Below, one piece after another: positions 12,101 through 25,609 of a stretch of 64,000 nucleotides of DNA. Each line of letters starts with the position of its first letter. The first letter of the stretch is position 1. Source of the stretch: Daphnia carinata (taxonomy: Eukaryota); the NCBI RefSeq assembly GCF_022539665.2, contig NC_081332.1, positions 6,200,001 to 6,264,000 on the forward strand, read 5' to 3'. The position numbers and the translations under genes were made by a program. The notes beneath the pieces are model-generated. The model made no database searches. It saw nothing but the letters and a program-made list of their open reading frames with translations, and was not told the origin of the DNA.

Positions 12101-13302
12101 CTCAGGGCCAGACAGATTAGCCACTTTATTGTTTGAATTTCCTCTTATTATAAAGCACATCGACGAAAAAAAGAGAAGGATATGCATAATGAGCAACAAA
12201 TATCCAAAATTGGTGTGTATTAGCAATGGGTTATAGCCGTTTCTGGTTGGCCGCATATGTTTCGTTTTTCCTGCTGGACGGCCTTCGCGCGGTCGGCACG
12301 ACTACTCAACTTACACGTGAGCCTGTGTTTACACAGTAGCCAGGGCGAGTCACCAAAGCCCAATAACACACGTGTAACGCCAAAACTGTTTGTAAGCGAT
12401 CGAGATTCGAATCTGATATATTCAAACGAGTCGTTCATTTTTTTTTTTCTTTTTCATATTTTCTTTATTATGAAAAGAAATGACAACAACAAAAAAATAC
12501 TACAGTATTTCAAAACCAGTTTATGCATTAGTCCAGGCCACCCATCAATATGAATAATATCCAATTACATTTACATTTCTTTTTTGAAGATTTACAATGT
12601 ACAAATGTATTTTTTTTTCTTCAAAAACTCTCTTCCACTCATTTTATTCGTGGACGATAAGATCGAAAAATATCGACCTTTTATGGATGCCCTTTAATAT
12701 CTTAGCGCCATCAAAAAACATTAAATCTCCCAATAGATTCTCATCGTAAAAAATGAATCCTTGCGCATTTCCTTATGAAAATGTCGGAGAGCGGACGAGC
12801 TGCACAATAAAGTCAGCTCACCTATATAAAAACAAAGCATTAAGAATCAATCTTTCCCTATTTGTACGCTTCACGTCGACCAGCAGCGCATATAGCCGAC
12901 CTAACTTTTATTTCTTACGAGGCGCGGCATTTTTTTTTTTTTCCAGACCACATGCTGTTTCTTACCGTGTTCAACATTTCTGAAACATCCAAAACCAATC
13001 CTGATTGTTCTTCTTCCAATCAGAGAACTACCGGCCTTTTTTTTTTAATTCTTAAGGCTTCTTCTCCATAATTGCTGTTCTTCGTGTTAATGACCCGGTT
13101 GTTAGAAAAGGTCGGCTACACCTGCCGCTTACGTCGAAAGGAAAAAAAAGGAAATTGAAACAGAGTGGCGGATAGATTGAGGAAGGAAGTGTCGTCAAGG
13201 TCCTTTCATCTCGTCCTCTTGTCAACGAAAGAAAAATCTGACGTCCCAGTTTGTTCCTTGAAGCCGGTTTGTTAAGACGACGAGCTTTTCTAGACGCAGA
13301 AA

Positions 13303-15778
13303 ATGAACTGTTTAGTCTCCTGGCTTGTGATCTTTACGTTGATGGTCGATATCGTGTCAACTAGTGACATGTACTCATCTGTGGCTGAGTTAGAACGACT
13401 TTACGAAAAGGAGCAACACGTTGGCCAACGACTTGAACATTTCCTCCTCATCATCAAACAGCAAACGGCCGCCATCGATCAGTACACCACTGCGTTATTT
13501 AACTTAAAATTTAGGATTAGAGTTGAATTCTTTTCTTTTGCACAGGTACCTAACAGAATTTAGAGAAATTCATTCGGCTCATTTAGATTCGAGGGCAGTG
13601 ATTAGTAACCCAATCAACGCTTTCCACATGATGAAACGTCTAACAATCTCTTGGCAATCAGTCAAAACAGCACTGGAATCTCAAGTCAATGTGACTGGTA
13701 AAAATAATAATTATTAAAACATCACCGAGGACGAGCTTTTTAAATCATAAAAAATCATAAATAGACATTGTTCAAGAAGTTCTGAACATGTCGAAGAGTT
13801 TCCCAAGTGAAGACGATCTGTCAGGAGCGGCATTTTCTTTAGCTGACTTGCAGGGAGCCTATCGATTGAACGTCAGCCAACTTGCGAGCGGTAATGTCCA
13901 AATGTTCGATCGAATCTCTTTTCCCAGCTTGAAAGGACTAAATGGTATACATAGACTAAGCCAAAACATTTTATTTTTTTACGTTGATTATTCATTAGGT
14001 ATTTTCTTCTTGTTTTGCTTTTTTTTCAATAGCTCGAGATTGTCTTTTCATCGGCAAGCATGCTTTCAACAAAGGGCTTTACGATCAGGCCGTTGATTGG
14101 ATATCTACCGCCGCGGAAGTTGCCCAATCCGAGAGCAATCAATCAGCAACTGTCGCTGAAATCAAGCCTTTTCTATCGACTGCAATCCGTGTGGTACTTC
14201 CTTCATTTGCTAACAATTTATCGAAGTAAAAACCCTTCGACTTTATCCTGCGGAATAATTGCTACGTATTTTTTTACTATGAAAAAAACACAAACAAAAG
14301 CACGACGATGTTCTAGAGAAAAAAGGTCCCCTCGGAGACAACTGGCGGACTAATCCGGAGCCGTTTAAGCCGCGCGTCAAGACGGTCCGCGGAGGCAATC
14401 AATCACAACGCCAACGGATTGTCGATGCGAAAAACAATGCGCACAGATTGGCGACAGACAAATCACCCGTTTGGGAAGAAACGGAAATCTTTTTCAGACT
14501 TTGTCGAGGAGAGCAATCTCGGGTATTTATTTTTTTTTTTTTAACAATCTTGTGTCCATAAACAGTAAATTTCCAAGTTGGAAAAAAAAATGTCGATGGC
14601 TTTCCTTTTTGTTATTGGTGAAGCCGACACGTCTGACGAGCAAGTTAAAGTGCCGTCACATCAGCCACACTGGTCCGTACTTCATGGTGCGGCCATTAAA
14701 ACTGGAAGAGCATTCTCTAGTGCCTTATATTGCAGTCTTTCACGACTTCATGTCCGACGCAGAGACAGAGCTATTCAAATCGTTGGCCATCGAGAATTTA
14801 GAAAGGTCGGCGCACGGGAGCAAACGTTCAGGACGTCAGGGAGCTACTAGCGATAAGCGCACGTCCAAACAGTATGATATACTCTGTCTTTCTGTGTCTT
14901 GCGAAAGGCCTCTATCGTGTTGTTACTCCGGCCCCATTGAGTTCAAAATGATTTCGTCTTGGAAACGTCAGGTCGTGGGTGCAGGATGGCAGCCATCATG
15001 CGGTTGATAAAATCTCAAAGAGGATCAGCGACTCTGTCGGCCTCAACAGCCAGCCTTCTGATGTCGGATCCGAACATTATCAAGTATCTCTCTCCCTTGT
15101 TCTCTCTTCACGTCGTATATCATTTCGTGTGTACGGGTTACATGTTCATTGGAACTCCGATTATTTTTTGACAGGTGGCCAATTACGGCATCGGTGGAAG
15201 ATATACTCCGCACAGTGATCATGGTGTTCTTTTCCAATCTGGAGGCCAACCCACTGAGTTTGAGCTGATGCGCGGCGATCGCATCCTTACCTTCATGACT
15301 TACGTAATCCTTTTTGTAGACATGATAAGATACATGCCGACTGATGAATCAACAGTTTTCCTTTTGATCTTGTGTTCGTGGTATTTCTTCTTTTTTTTTC
15401 TCTCTTCTCCATTAAGTTGGATGACGTGGAAGAAGGCGGAGCGACTGTTTTCACTCGCGCGGGAGTGACCGTCTGGCCCAAGAAAGGAATGGCCGTCTTT
15501 TGGTGGAATCTCATGTCGGATTTGAGCGGTGACATGTTAACTCGTCACGGTGGATGTCCCGTGCTTCACGGATCGAAATGGAGTAAAAGAATTTTCATAA
15601 TTCAATGTCATCATCAATTGCAAATTCACGCCTTTCTGTTTTGTTTTCTTTTGTTTTTTTTTTTTTTCTTTTTCTCCGGTTAGTTTGCAACAAGTGGTTT
15701 CATAGCGGCGAGCAATTTCTTAAACGCCCTTGTGGCAAAAAGCCAAAATCTCGGATTTCCTATCCTGGAGCGAAATGA
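13303..15778 (+). CDS. P4HA: Prolyl 4-hydroxylase alpha subunit-like (2OG-Fe(II) dioxygenase), 547 aa, 10 coding exons, signal peptide
   Basis: Exons 13303-13481, 13546-13697, 13765-13944, 14033-14193, 14301-14522, 14624-14871, 14972-15083, 15175-15303, 15417-15582, 15684-15778 total 1644 nt, in frame to TGA. Family motifs: NPINAFHMMKRL, FPSEDDLSGAA, RLCRGE, LKC..PLKLEE, VANYGIGGRYTPHSD (HxD at 15211-15219), DVEEGGATVF, TRHGGCPVLHGSKW (distal His), NKW (2OG-binding Lys). Confidence 0.95.
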
Positions 15779-16499
15779 CGTGAACGGAATCACACTCTAG
15801 TCTTAAACCAATGATTATTGATATTTCAATAACCTAATGTATAATTTATCGTACCATTTTTTTTTGTATCGGTGCTAATTATTCAAATCTTCACATACAC
15901 AAAAGGTTATGGCGTTTTTAATAATCGGCTTAAGATCGCCATTAATACAGGACTGTGTTTTTCTTTTTCTAGATAAATGGATATTTAAAAAGAAAAAAAG
16001 AGTTCAGTTAATTATCGTTTTAAACGAACACACAAAAAAGAGGATTGTGTTTCGCCAAAATATTAAGTTTATTGTGTGTGTGTGTGTGTATTTTATGTAA
16101 TAAACTAGAAACCAGGGGGGTGCTAACTGCTATACCAGAGGGAAACAGGAGATAATTTGTTGCTCCTTTTTGTTTTTTGTTTTCTTCTGTCGTTCTTAAC
16201 TTCTCGATGGGAATGCATCAGTAGCTTGGAGGCAGTATAGAAGGCATGTTATACCCCATGCTGATTGTGGCTATTAATCGCAGAACAAGACCAATACCGA
16301 AACAACATCAAAGGGCTGGAAGAAACCAAAAAATTTGTTTCTTCTTCTTTTTTTTTTTCACTCTCCACGTTCATCGTTATTCTCTTGTTTTTTTTTTCTT
16401 TTTAAAGGGGTGTATATTTTTGAAATATTTCTTATCCCCCCGCGTTTGTTGCTGTTATAAGACTGACGTTTTAATGCGGTGTAGTCGAGATGTATAACG

Positions 16500-16870
16500 A
16501 TGGCATGGATTGTGACGTGCTGATGGAAGCCAGAGTATGACCTTCGAACGTCTACCTTATCGGGGGTTGAGATCGTCTTACCACTTTCACTATTCTCACA
16601 CACCGTGCACGCGGACTGCGGATACGTCTGACGCCACGGATGTGTATCATCACACAGTGATGGATGAGTACGAGCAAGCCGAGTATTTAGCCATACAATC
16701 GGTCGCAACTACGATGCGGAAGCGGGTGGAGTGAAAGTGTTCAATCATGCGGGAGTGACGGTCTTTTTAAAACTTGATGAAACAAAAAAAAAGTTCAAAA
16801 TAAAAAATCCTTTTTTAAGGGACGCCTATTTGTGGCATGTCGATGGCCATCTCGGCGCTCATCTCTCTCT
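16500..16870 (+). pseudogene. Degenerate remnant of a prolyl 4-hydroxylase catalytic domain (tandem paralog fragment)
   Basis: 16713-16772 translates DAEAGGVKVFNHAGVTVFLK versus DVEEGGATVFTRAGVTVWPK in the adjacent gene. CACAGTGAT (HSD) at 16653-16661 is in the same frame, followed by TGA at 16665-16667. A frameshifted NR-VAT-like segment lies at ~16697-16710 and a (K)G-DAYLW..DGHL-like segment at ~16817-16853. Outer boundaries are approximate. Confidence 0.62.
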
Positions 16871-18139
16871 GACAGCTCCTATGTCGTGGAGTATCTCAAT
16901 TTTCGTAGGTGGTACCCATAAATACATGTTTTGAATGGACTTACGCATCCATCCGTTAATGCTAGACGCGTAATACATAAAAATCCAAGCGATGCATTTC
17001 CCACATGAAAGCTTTGAACATTTTGTTTGCTCAAGGATTCCCCCCTTTTTTGCGGCTTAAAGTAAATTGCGTGACTATCTATTGAGGTGGTACATAGTTA
17101 AAGTGGTTGGAGTCTTTAATGGATGTGCTTTACATAGTCTTAAGTCATTAGTTTTCTCACAGCTGTTTTATTTGAATTATGAAATGTGCAACAATTGAAC
17201 ATACGCATGGTCGGCTGTCAAAACTTTTATTTCCTAAAAAAAGAAGTAATAACCGAGGATTTTTAACAATCTCTTCCAATTGTATGCAAAATAATGTCAC
17301 AAAAAACAATTTCCTCGACACAGACATACCCAAATGTGTACAATATGTGCCGTTTTTTTTAAATTTATTGTTGAATCAATAAGCGCTAGCTGCTTTGCAT
17401 TTTATTAACCTGCTTGGCATTCCCCGTCCGGAGATAACATCACCATTTATTTATTGCCTCTCGTCTCGTCTACGGTATTACTATTACGGCTACCGTCAAT
17501 AAGATTGTGAGCCGAACGATTTGTTACCCCCATTCCCTATTCTGCAAATTCCAATTTGTTATCAGTCTTTTTCTTTATTTGAACAGTTCTTGAACGCTGA
17601 AACGGCCATCGTTTCTCAACCATTCGTGCTTCTTTTCTACGAATTGCAGCAGCAATTTTCATCGCGTAGCGCATCTGTTCATCCGCTCGATTAGATTTGT
17701 ACAACACGAAGAAGAAATGATCATCATTCCGCCCACTTCTATTCCGCTCCAAGCGATGGATACAGTTTATAACAAGGGCGCTAGGTGGCCATTCCACCTC
17801 CAATTCCGAACATCCTGGAGGGCGGATGAGAAACCAAACTGGTTTCTCTTCTACTCTGAGATAAAAGAAAAAAAAATTTTATAATGAATACACATCATCA
17901 ATCTCTCTGATCCCGTAAAAATGTCAAAGCATGGTTATCATTTTGGGTGTCTTAATGACTTCAGCATCCGTTAGGAGGGTTATGACGAATTATTTCGAAC
18001 CCGCTGATGACCGAGCATCTGAGCGATGGAAACGAAGAATCCGGCCGCTTTCTTTCGATGGCATTTCAAAGTGGGTTACGTACGCAGGAAGAAGACAACG
18101 GCCGATAACATATTAAAAAAACACAAACAAAGACGAAGA

Positions 18140-18143
<4 letters not shown>

Positions 18144-18204
<61 letters not shown>
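18144..18204. repeat. (AG)n microsatellite, ~30 units
   Basis: Pure AG run read directly; longest dinucleotide tract noticed. Shorter GA tracts at ~2108-2136 and ~8082-8113. Confidence 0.95.
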
Positions 18205-18208
<4 letters not shown>

Positions 18209-21200
18209 CTTGGGCGCAATGTTTTCTAATTACGGTTGCATCATTGACAGCTTGTTATGCCCGTTTTGCGCTAGAAGCGGAATGTCAGTTAGCGGCCACT
18301 AGCACTTGATTATGAAGGTACGAGGTTCACGGATGAGCATCGAGTGTTTTGATTGCGAATGACCTAGGTGTGTGTACGTACGTACTCGCCTGTTTTGCCC
18401 TGTGTGTGTGTGTGTGTGTGTGTGTGTACATCGCGATATAGCCAGATTACCTTCTGTCGTAAATTCCGTGAATAACTTTCTCGGTAGGTGGCGCTTCGGC
18501 CATAACGCCAGGGTGATGCTATTTTAGAAGAAGAAGAAGAAGAAAAAAAAACATCATGTCTCGCCATTACCTTTTAGCAAAAAAAAAAAAATCTATAAAG
18601 AAAAAGAAAGAAGATGAAAATTCAATGGCCATTCCAAGCCCACGTTCCCTCCTGAAACGGGCAAAGACTTGAGAACCTTGATTATGACTCTCTGGTCTTC
18701 TGGCCGTGATGGCTGACAGGTGGCTCGGCCGTCTAGGTAACTAGCCGATTGAATAGCCTCTCGAAAAGATCTCTCTCTCTCTCTCTCTCTCTCTTTTTCT
18801 ATTCATACCCTCCTTATTTTTTTTTTTTTGATCTCTTATAGAAGCGCTGGTTTGTTAGGCCGCTCTGCCGACGATCGTATTAGTTGATGATACGAAGGGA
18901 AAAAAAAGAGGGGCCCACCCGTAAAAAAACATCAAACAGGTCAAAACAAACGAAGGTGAATTGCTGTACGATCGGCTTGTGCGTGTGTTCACACAACAAG
19001 CGCATTTAATATGTGTGTATATACATACAGATATAGTGCTACATACAATGTATGTATTTATATAACACAATATCAAAGTTTTAACAGGTTGATAGTTCCA
19101 ACAAAGAGCTGCTGCTCTGGCAGATGTTTCCCCCTTTTTTCAGTTCGCCTTGAGAGAAGCGGCCAGTCCTTTCTTGTAATTAATTGGAAGTTGTAACTTA
19201 GCCCAACCCTTTTTTGCCTTTGAGTTGCCTCTTCAAACTGTCGTTAAACACCGCAATCGGCCGTAATTCTCTCCCTCGATCTTTCCTTCTCTTTCGACTC
19301 AGGCAAAAAAAAGAAATCCCTTTTTTTCTTACCGTCTCCACCCTCCTTTCAGTCAAACTATCTCGACTGATTGCGTGTGTATGTGTTCCCTCTATTTTTT
19401 TTTTTTTTTTGAAACGCATGTCTTACAGCCAACACACACCTGCAATCTACCTGAGGTACACATACAAGGTATTTTCTTTCTTTTTGATGGTGAACTAGAA
19501 AATTAGTTTAGGGGGCTTTTTGCTATTCGTTTAAACGAGGTAAATAAGGAAAAGGCGAAGGAAACCAACAAATAAGCCAAGTGGAACCTTTTTTTTTTCT
19601 TCTTCCTGCTCGTAATGATGGAGACCTGAGAGTTCCTCCGGAGCTATACGTTTTTGAAAAAGAGAAGGCACGAACGACTACTCAAGAACGCCATAATGTG
19701 AACGTATATAAATAAAAAAAAACAACAACAAACAAACAACTATCAGAAAGAGCAAGGGGAAAAAAAAAGAAGGGGGGGGGGGGGGGGGCCTTCCAAGAGA
19801 AAAAAAAAGGCAGTCAGTAATAATGGCTGCCGATGTCGTGTTCATTTACTTTTCATTATGAAAAGACGTCGACGTGGAAGAAAGGAAATGAGAGATGCCT
19901 GGTTTATTTGCCCTCTTTGACTCCCTTGTCTCTTTTTCTTTTCTCTCTATCGCTCCCCCTCTTTTTTTCTTTAAAAGGATAAAATTAAATTTAAAAAAAG
20001 AAAAAGGAGGAAATCGTGAGCGGCGCCGCTTATTCTTTCGCCCTTCTACTTTTACGATAGCGCTGCTGACCCCGGCGTCTTTTCTTAGAAAGGGAACGGC
20101 GCTGTTGTTTGTACAGGACCCCTTCTTGCTCGCTTGTCTCGCTTGTCTTGCTTTTGAAGAAAAGAAAAAAAAACTAAGTAGCAATTAAAGCATTATAATA
20201 CAATTTATGATGGCGAAAACATCAGGCGGTCGCCGCGCTGGCGTGAAATCAACTCATTAGAAGAACAACAACAAAAACTGATCTTTCGTTCCGTACGGGG
20301 CAAACCTATCGGGCCAGGTTAAATTTTATCTGCCGTTGGTCTACCTTTAAAAAGGGGTGGCCGATAACCAAAATGAAAAACAATCAAAAGGGAAGACTTC
20401 TCAATTAATGCGGCAACTTAATTCATTAGTCTGGTGAGCGATCAATAGGGCAGCCAGGTTGCATGTGTGTCCACCTTTAAAAATTTCTCACCAACTCTCC
20501 AAAGGCAAAGAAAAAAACAAAAAAAAAACAAGTATGTACAGTATATAATAGTAAACTCTTTGATAATGGAAATAAAAATTAAGAGGAAGATGGAAAATAA
20601 TAAAAGTTGAAAACAAAAGCAAACAACCGACTCATTGAAGCCGGATGGTAGGCGGTGTTGAATGCCCTTTTTTTTTTTTTAAACTAGTATCGTAAAAATT
20701 CAACCCTACCATCATTTTATACGCCCCTCTTCGGCCCTTCAAAGGCATTAAAAAAACATAAGAATAGAAGGAGCTGTGCAGTGTAATGAAAACGCTTTTC
20801 ATTCGCGGTTACTGCTCCCAGCAGCCAGTTGGAAGGCTAAATCTACGCGGTATATATATAGGCTACGTATATATCTCATTTATAATGTTAACAGTTTGCG
20901 CTCTCATTTGGAAAAAAGACGGTGTGAGAAAAGGTCGATAAAAAAAATAAAACGAAATTTACTTTGTTTGCCATTCGTTAAGACAGGCTAAAGGTGTGTG
21001 TACCGCCCTCCCACCCATAGGCTGTGTACATAACACAAGAGGATAAGCGGACGTAGAGTGTTGGAATTTTTAACACATCGGGACAACAACGAAAAAAAAT
21101 AGAGAAAATAAATTCCAAACAATTGTTTGACATAATCCGACGGTAAGGCATTAGAAAAAAAAATGAATACAGGTCTCGTGGATAGGAAATATAACGATGG

Positions 21201-24200
21201 CTATATACATACAAATAAATATTCTTTGTTACCGGTTCAACGCTTTTCCTCATCAGGGATTTCCTGTTCAACAAGCGAGACGAGGTAGGAGGGGAGAAGC
21301 AACGACAAGAAAAAAAAAAAAAAACCAGTTTAGCCAAAACTAGAAAATACCAAAAGCAACAAAAAAAAATAAATTGATTTGATAAATGTTTAATGCTATA
21401 AGGCATCGTGCTCAGTGGAGTTGTACGATGGTGTGAGATGAACGAAGGGGAGTGTTTGACCGTTTCTCCTGATTCTTTTTTTCACTTCAATTTTCACATC
21501 CCGAAAATCCCTCTTCTTTTTTTTTTTTTTCTTGTTGAATTATTTATAAATCCGTACACGGTAGAGCGAATCCATCAGCTTATTTTCTCTTTATCTCTCT
21601 CACAGCGCGGCCCCTTCTTGTGCAGCAGCGAGGAAAAAGATGTCCAAATCTCAAATACGTGCCATAATAAAAAAAAAAAAAAAAAATTACTTAAAGTTGT
21701 AAAATAGAACAAACAAATAAAAACAACTCTTGTACTTTTCACTTATACACGAGCGAAGTAACCGAGAGAGAAACACACACACGTTGCTTCTATTATAAAT
21801 TGAGATGAGAAATGATGAGGAATTCGAGTGCATGCTGGTGGAAAAAAAAAACAAAAAACAAAACAAAACAAAAAATAATAATATGAAAAGTTTTTGTTGG
21901 TGAGTTTGGCAGGGCGTGGGATTGGGACCAACGTCTTACCTGTGCGCGCATTATTTGTCCGGGGCACAGACGAAGATTCATTTCCATCGGTCGCAAAAAT
22001 TCCGTTCCTACGGGCCAAAAAAGGGGTCGAAAAAAAAGAAAGAAATAAGGAGATACTGGTTGTATAAAAGATACGTGGGGGAGGTGGGATGGATATCCCG
22101 CGGTGTTCATCCCAAAGATATGCCAGAAAGAGAAAATGTTCTTCTCTCACTGGCATTTCCGTTTGAGTTTCAATTCTTTGGCTTTTCCTAATATCAACCC
22201 CTCTCCGTTTGTTATTAATCAGCTGAATATATTGTAGCGACCGCCATCAAAAATAATGAGGAGAAAGAAAATGAAAAAAAAAAAGGCCAACCTCTTTTTC
22301 CACAGTAAATCAAACTCATTACAGCCTCTGATGAGCTTATTTGCATAAAGTCGATGAAACTATTAACGCTTTCTCTCTATCTCCTTGTTTCACTACAAGA
22401 TCTGCGTTGATGTTGACCGCAAATTGCGATGACATTTTTTCCTTTGAATTGTTAAATCCAATCATGCGATCGATGCCCCAACATCATAGTCGACATTTTA
22501 ATTGGGTACCTAGAGGGCGCCGCCTGCCCCAGGTTAGCATCAAAGAATAAGGGAGACATTGTGGACAACTGTTGGAAACGGTCCCGCAAACCAGAACAAT
22601 GACGTGCAATCCGGACCGGGGCGGGGGAGGATACATTCCTTGAACTGTTCTCTTTTGAATCAGTGCCAGAAAACATGTTCAAGTTCAGGTGTTTCGAACA
22701 AAGCTACTCGCCCGATTGTACCCTCCTGCCTTTTGTTCTTGTTCATCCAGTTCTTCTGTTCGCAAAAAAAAAAAGCAAACCGCGAAATAGAGTAAAAGAA
22801 ACACTGGTTTTAACAACGGGTTAAAATACGAAGAAATGCCGCCTTGTTAATTGATCTTGGCAGGGTGGAAGAGAAACGAGGCCCCAATTGAACGAAGGGG
22901 GAAACTCTTGGTCGGATACGGATCGATGGAGTTTCGTTTAATTTGCATAATGCGTCTGTGTACTATAAGCCATCCTCATATCTTTTGTCACGGCTGTAAT
23001 CCCGAACGCCACGTTCAAGAAACAGCAAAGTATTTACAAGTATAAATGAAAGCTCTTCGATAGGCATCCCAACTTATTTCTCTTTTCCAGCTTGTCGCCC
23101 TTTTGTTGACACTGTGAATGATTATTCCATTTAAAAGGAAAAAAAAGGGGGGGGGGGAAGGAGATTGAGAAAGAGGTCCTCTTTTCTTCTATGCCTTCAA
23201 CTCTCACTTCGCTCCTGCATAAATATATACATATATATACGCTGCGCATCAACAATATCAGCAGACCCAGATGAAGAGGAAAAAAAGCATAGGATGTGTA
23301 CGCATATCTATTTGATCTCGCGGGAGGAGGATCAACCCGTGTGCGTTGTTTACACACAACGGGGGCCACACGACCGGCTGCGAAAAAAAGAGCAGACAAA
23401 CCTGAGAAACGAATGGGTTTTTTTTTTTTAAACCCTTCTAGTCTTTAGATACACATCGCCAACGAATATATATCGAAGAATTTTTCCAGATGAGCAGAGA
23501 GTCTCTCAATATTTGCTTCCGGTTCCGGGAAAAACAAATATAAGACATCGATAGCGATTTCTCTTTTTAAAACGCGTCTCTTGTTCGCTATTCTCTTTGG
23601 CACGTTCCTCATCTTGACACTTTCTATACGCAAAAAGTGTATGCATTGGTTCATTTTTATTAGTTCTTCAATCATTTTGACCAAAATAAAAGAAATATGT
23701 ATCTCTTTTATTTAATACAAATAAAAAAATTCTTGTGTGAATAATGAAAAAAAGACGGGTTAGAATCTATACCCAATTCGGCAGTAGTTTTCAAGCCAGA
23801 GGAGTCAGACAGTATCATTTCGATCAGTAGGAAAAGAAACTTGCGCATTGTTTGTTTGCCTCTCATTCCTGAAATACTCGAAATAAGAAGTACGACTGGG
23901 AACGGATTCGTTCGGATGGGTCACAACCATTTCCCCTCCCCCCCCCCTGTACACTCGGCTATGAAAATTCTTCCGGCAGTACCCAAATTGGGTGGGACAG
24001 CACCAAATACCATCTCGTTCTTTTTTCCCGTGTGATCCTCCGTTTTTTGTTACCCATAGTGTATTTGGTTCCTTCGCATTGGCCTGGAATCTCGTTGTCC
24101 AACTTCTTTTCTTTGTTTTGTGTCGACATTTCGTCACGAAATCGGCCTTTTTTAAACAGCCGGGACCAAATACTTGCGTTCGTTATTTCTCATTGGATCT

Positions 24201-25609
24201 CCTTTGAAATTTCGAAAGTGAAATGGCCGGAACGAAACACTCAAAGCCGGTTGGCTTTATTTTTTCTTCGTGTTTTAACAATCAGACGCAAAAACCGAGA
24301 TTGACGTGCCATTGACAACGAGACGATGCCGTGTCACGAAACGCCCATTGCCCTGGACGACGAACTAATTAAACCGAAATCAGTGACGATGCCAACGTCG
24401 GTAGGGGACGGGGTGAGAAGATGAGACAGTTGTCCGACCCTCCTCGCGTCCCTTCTGATATTAGATTTAAAAAATAAATAAAACGAAAGTATGCAGATGT
24501 GTGCACGTTGAAGAGGGGGAATGTTCCAAAGAGTTGGCTTCAACTTGTGCAGCCCAGTCGTTGATGGAAAACGATCCAGCGTTCAAGCTAACGGATAGAG
24601 GGAGTTGGCTATCTGATGTCCAAATGTTGTAACTTTTAAATAACCCATACGGATCTTTCGGAATGTTCCATCTAGATCTTCTTCTTTCGCTTTCCCCCCT
24701 TTTTTTTTTCTTACGGATGTCTGACTGATCCCTTTCACGACACGATCCTTTTCTTTTTCTTCAAAAACTGAGCTGGAAATAAGAGGAACAAAAAGGGGGC
24801 AAAGTGAAAAATGGAGAAAACAGTCGCTTGCGTCAATGGTGCGGGACCGAAGTAGGGGGGCGTTTCGTTCGCCTTGCATATTGTGGAGAGAGGGAGTGAG
24901 AAATATTTACGGTTTGTTTACTCTTGAAGCTGCTAGCGGTCGGAAATTTCTTTGGCTTATCGGCTGCTGCCCGGAGAAAGAAAATAACAAGTCGGTGGAG
25001 AGTGCAACCAAATCAAAGGAATTCCACATCGTCATTTTCCATGTCTGCATAGCACTTTGGTGCTAAACACGAACGCATTCAACACGCAATTCTGGAACAC
25101 TAACGCAGACGAAGATATTTTTTTGTTAGTAGACCTAGTTTGTTGTTTTCTTATTTATTACATAAAACTGGGAAAACTAGAATCACCAAACGGCTGTTCA
25201 AGTTTGGAAAGAGGAAGTTTGACATGTTTCCCGATCGATCCACAAATCCAGTGAGAAAATTTGTTTGTGATCTAGTTTTTTTTTTTTTCTTTAATTCCAG
25301 GATGTTATAGGCCAACGAAAACCGCCCTAACAAGATGAAATTTAAGGCTACATAAACAAAAAAAAACAACAAAACAAACGAAAACATAACCCATCTAGAG
25401 GTTCTCACGTTTCAAGTTGCCTTTTTTTGTGCGTGTTGTTTTTCTTTCCTTCTTTATAGCGCCGCCGTTGTTGTCCAGAGATGGCGCGCGCATCGTTTCT
25501 CTCCCCCACCATTTTCCCAGGCAGGCCCGAACAAGTCCACTAGACGACCACGCTTGCATGGACTGACTAGGGAACTCTTGTTACTCTCCTGCCCATGCCA
25601 GAAGTTCCA

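Noticed and set aside
12310..12880. ACGTG/CACGTG hypoxia-response-like elements upstream of P4H
   Set aside because: These 5-6-mers occur throughout the window and no enrichment can be shown by eye.
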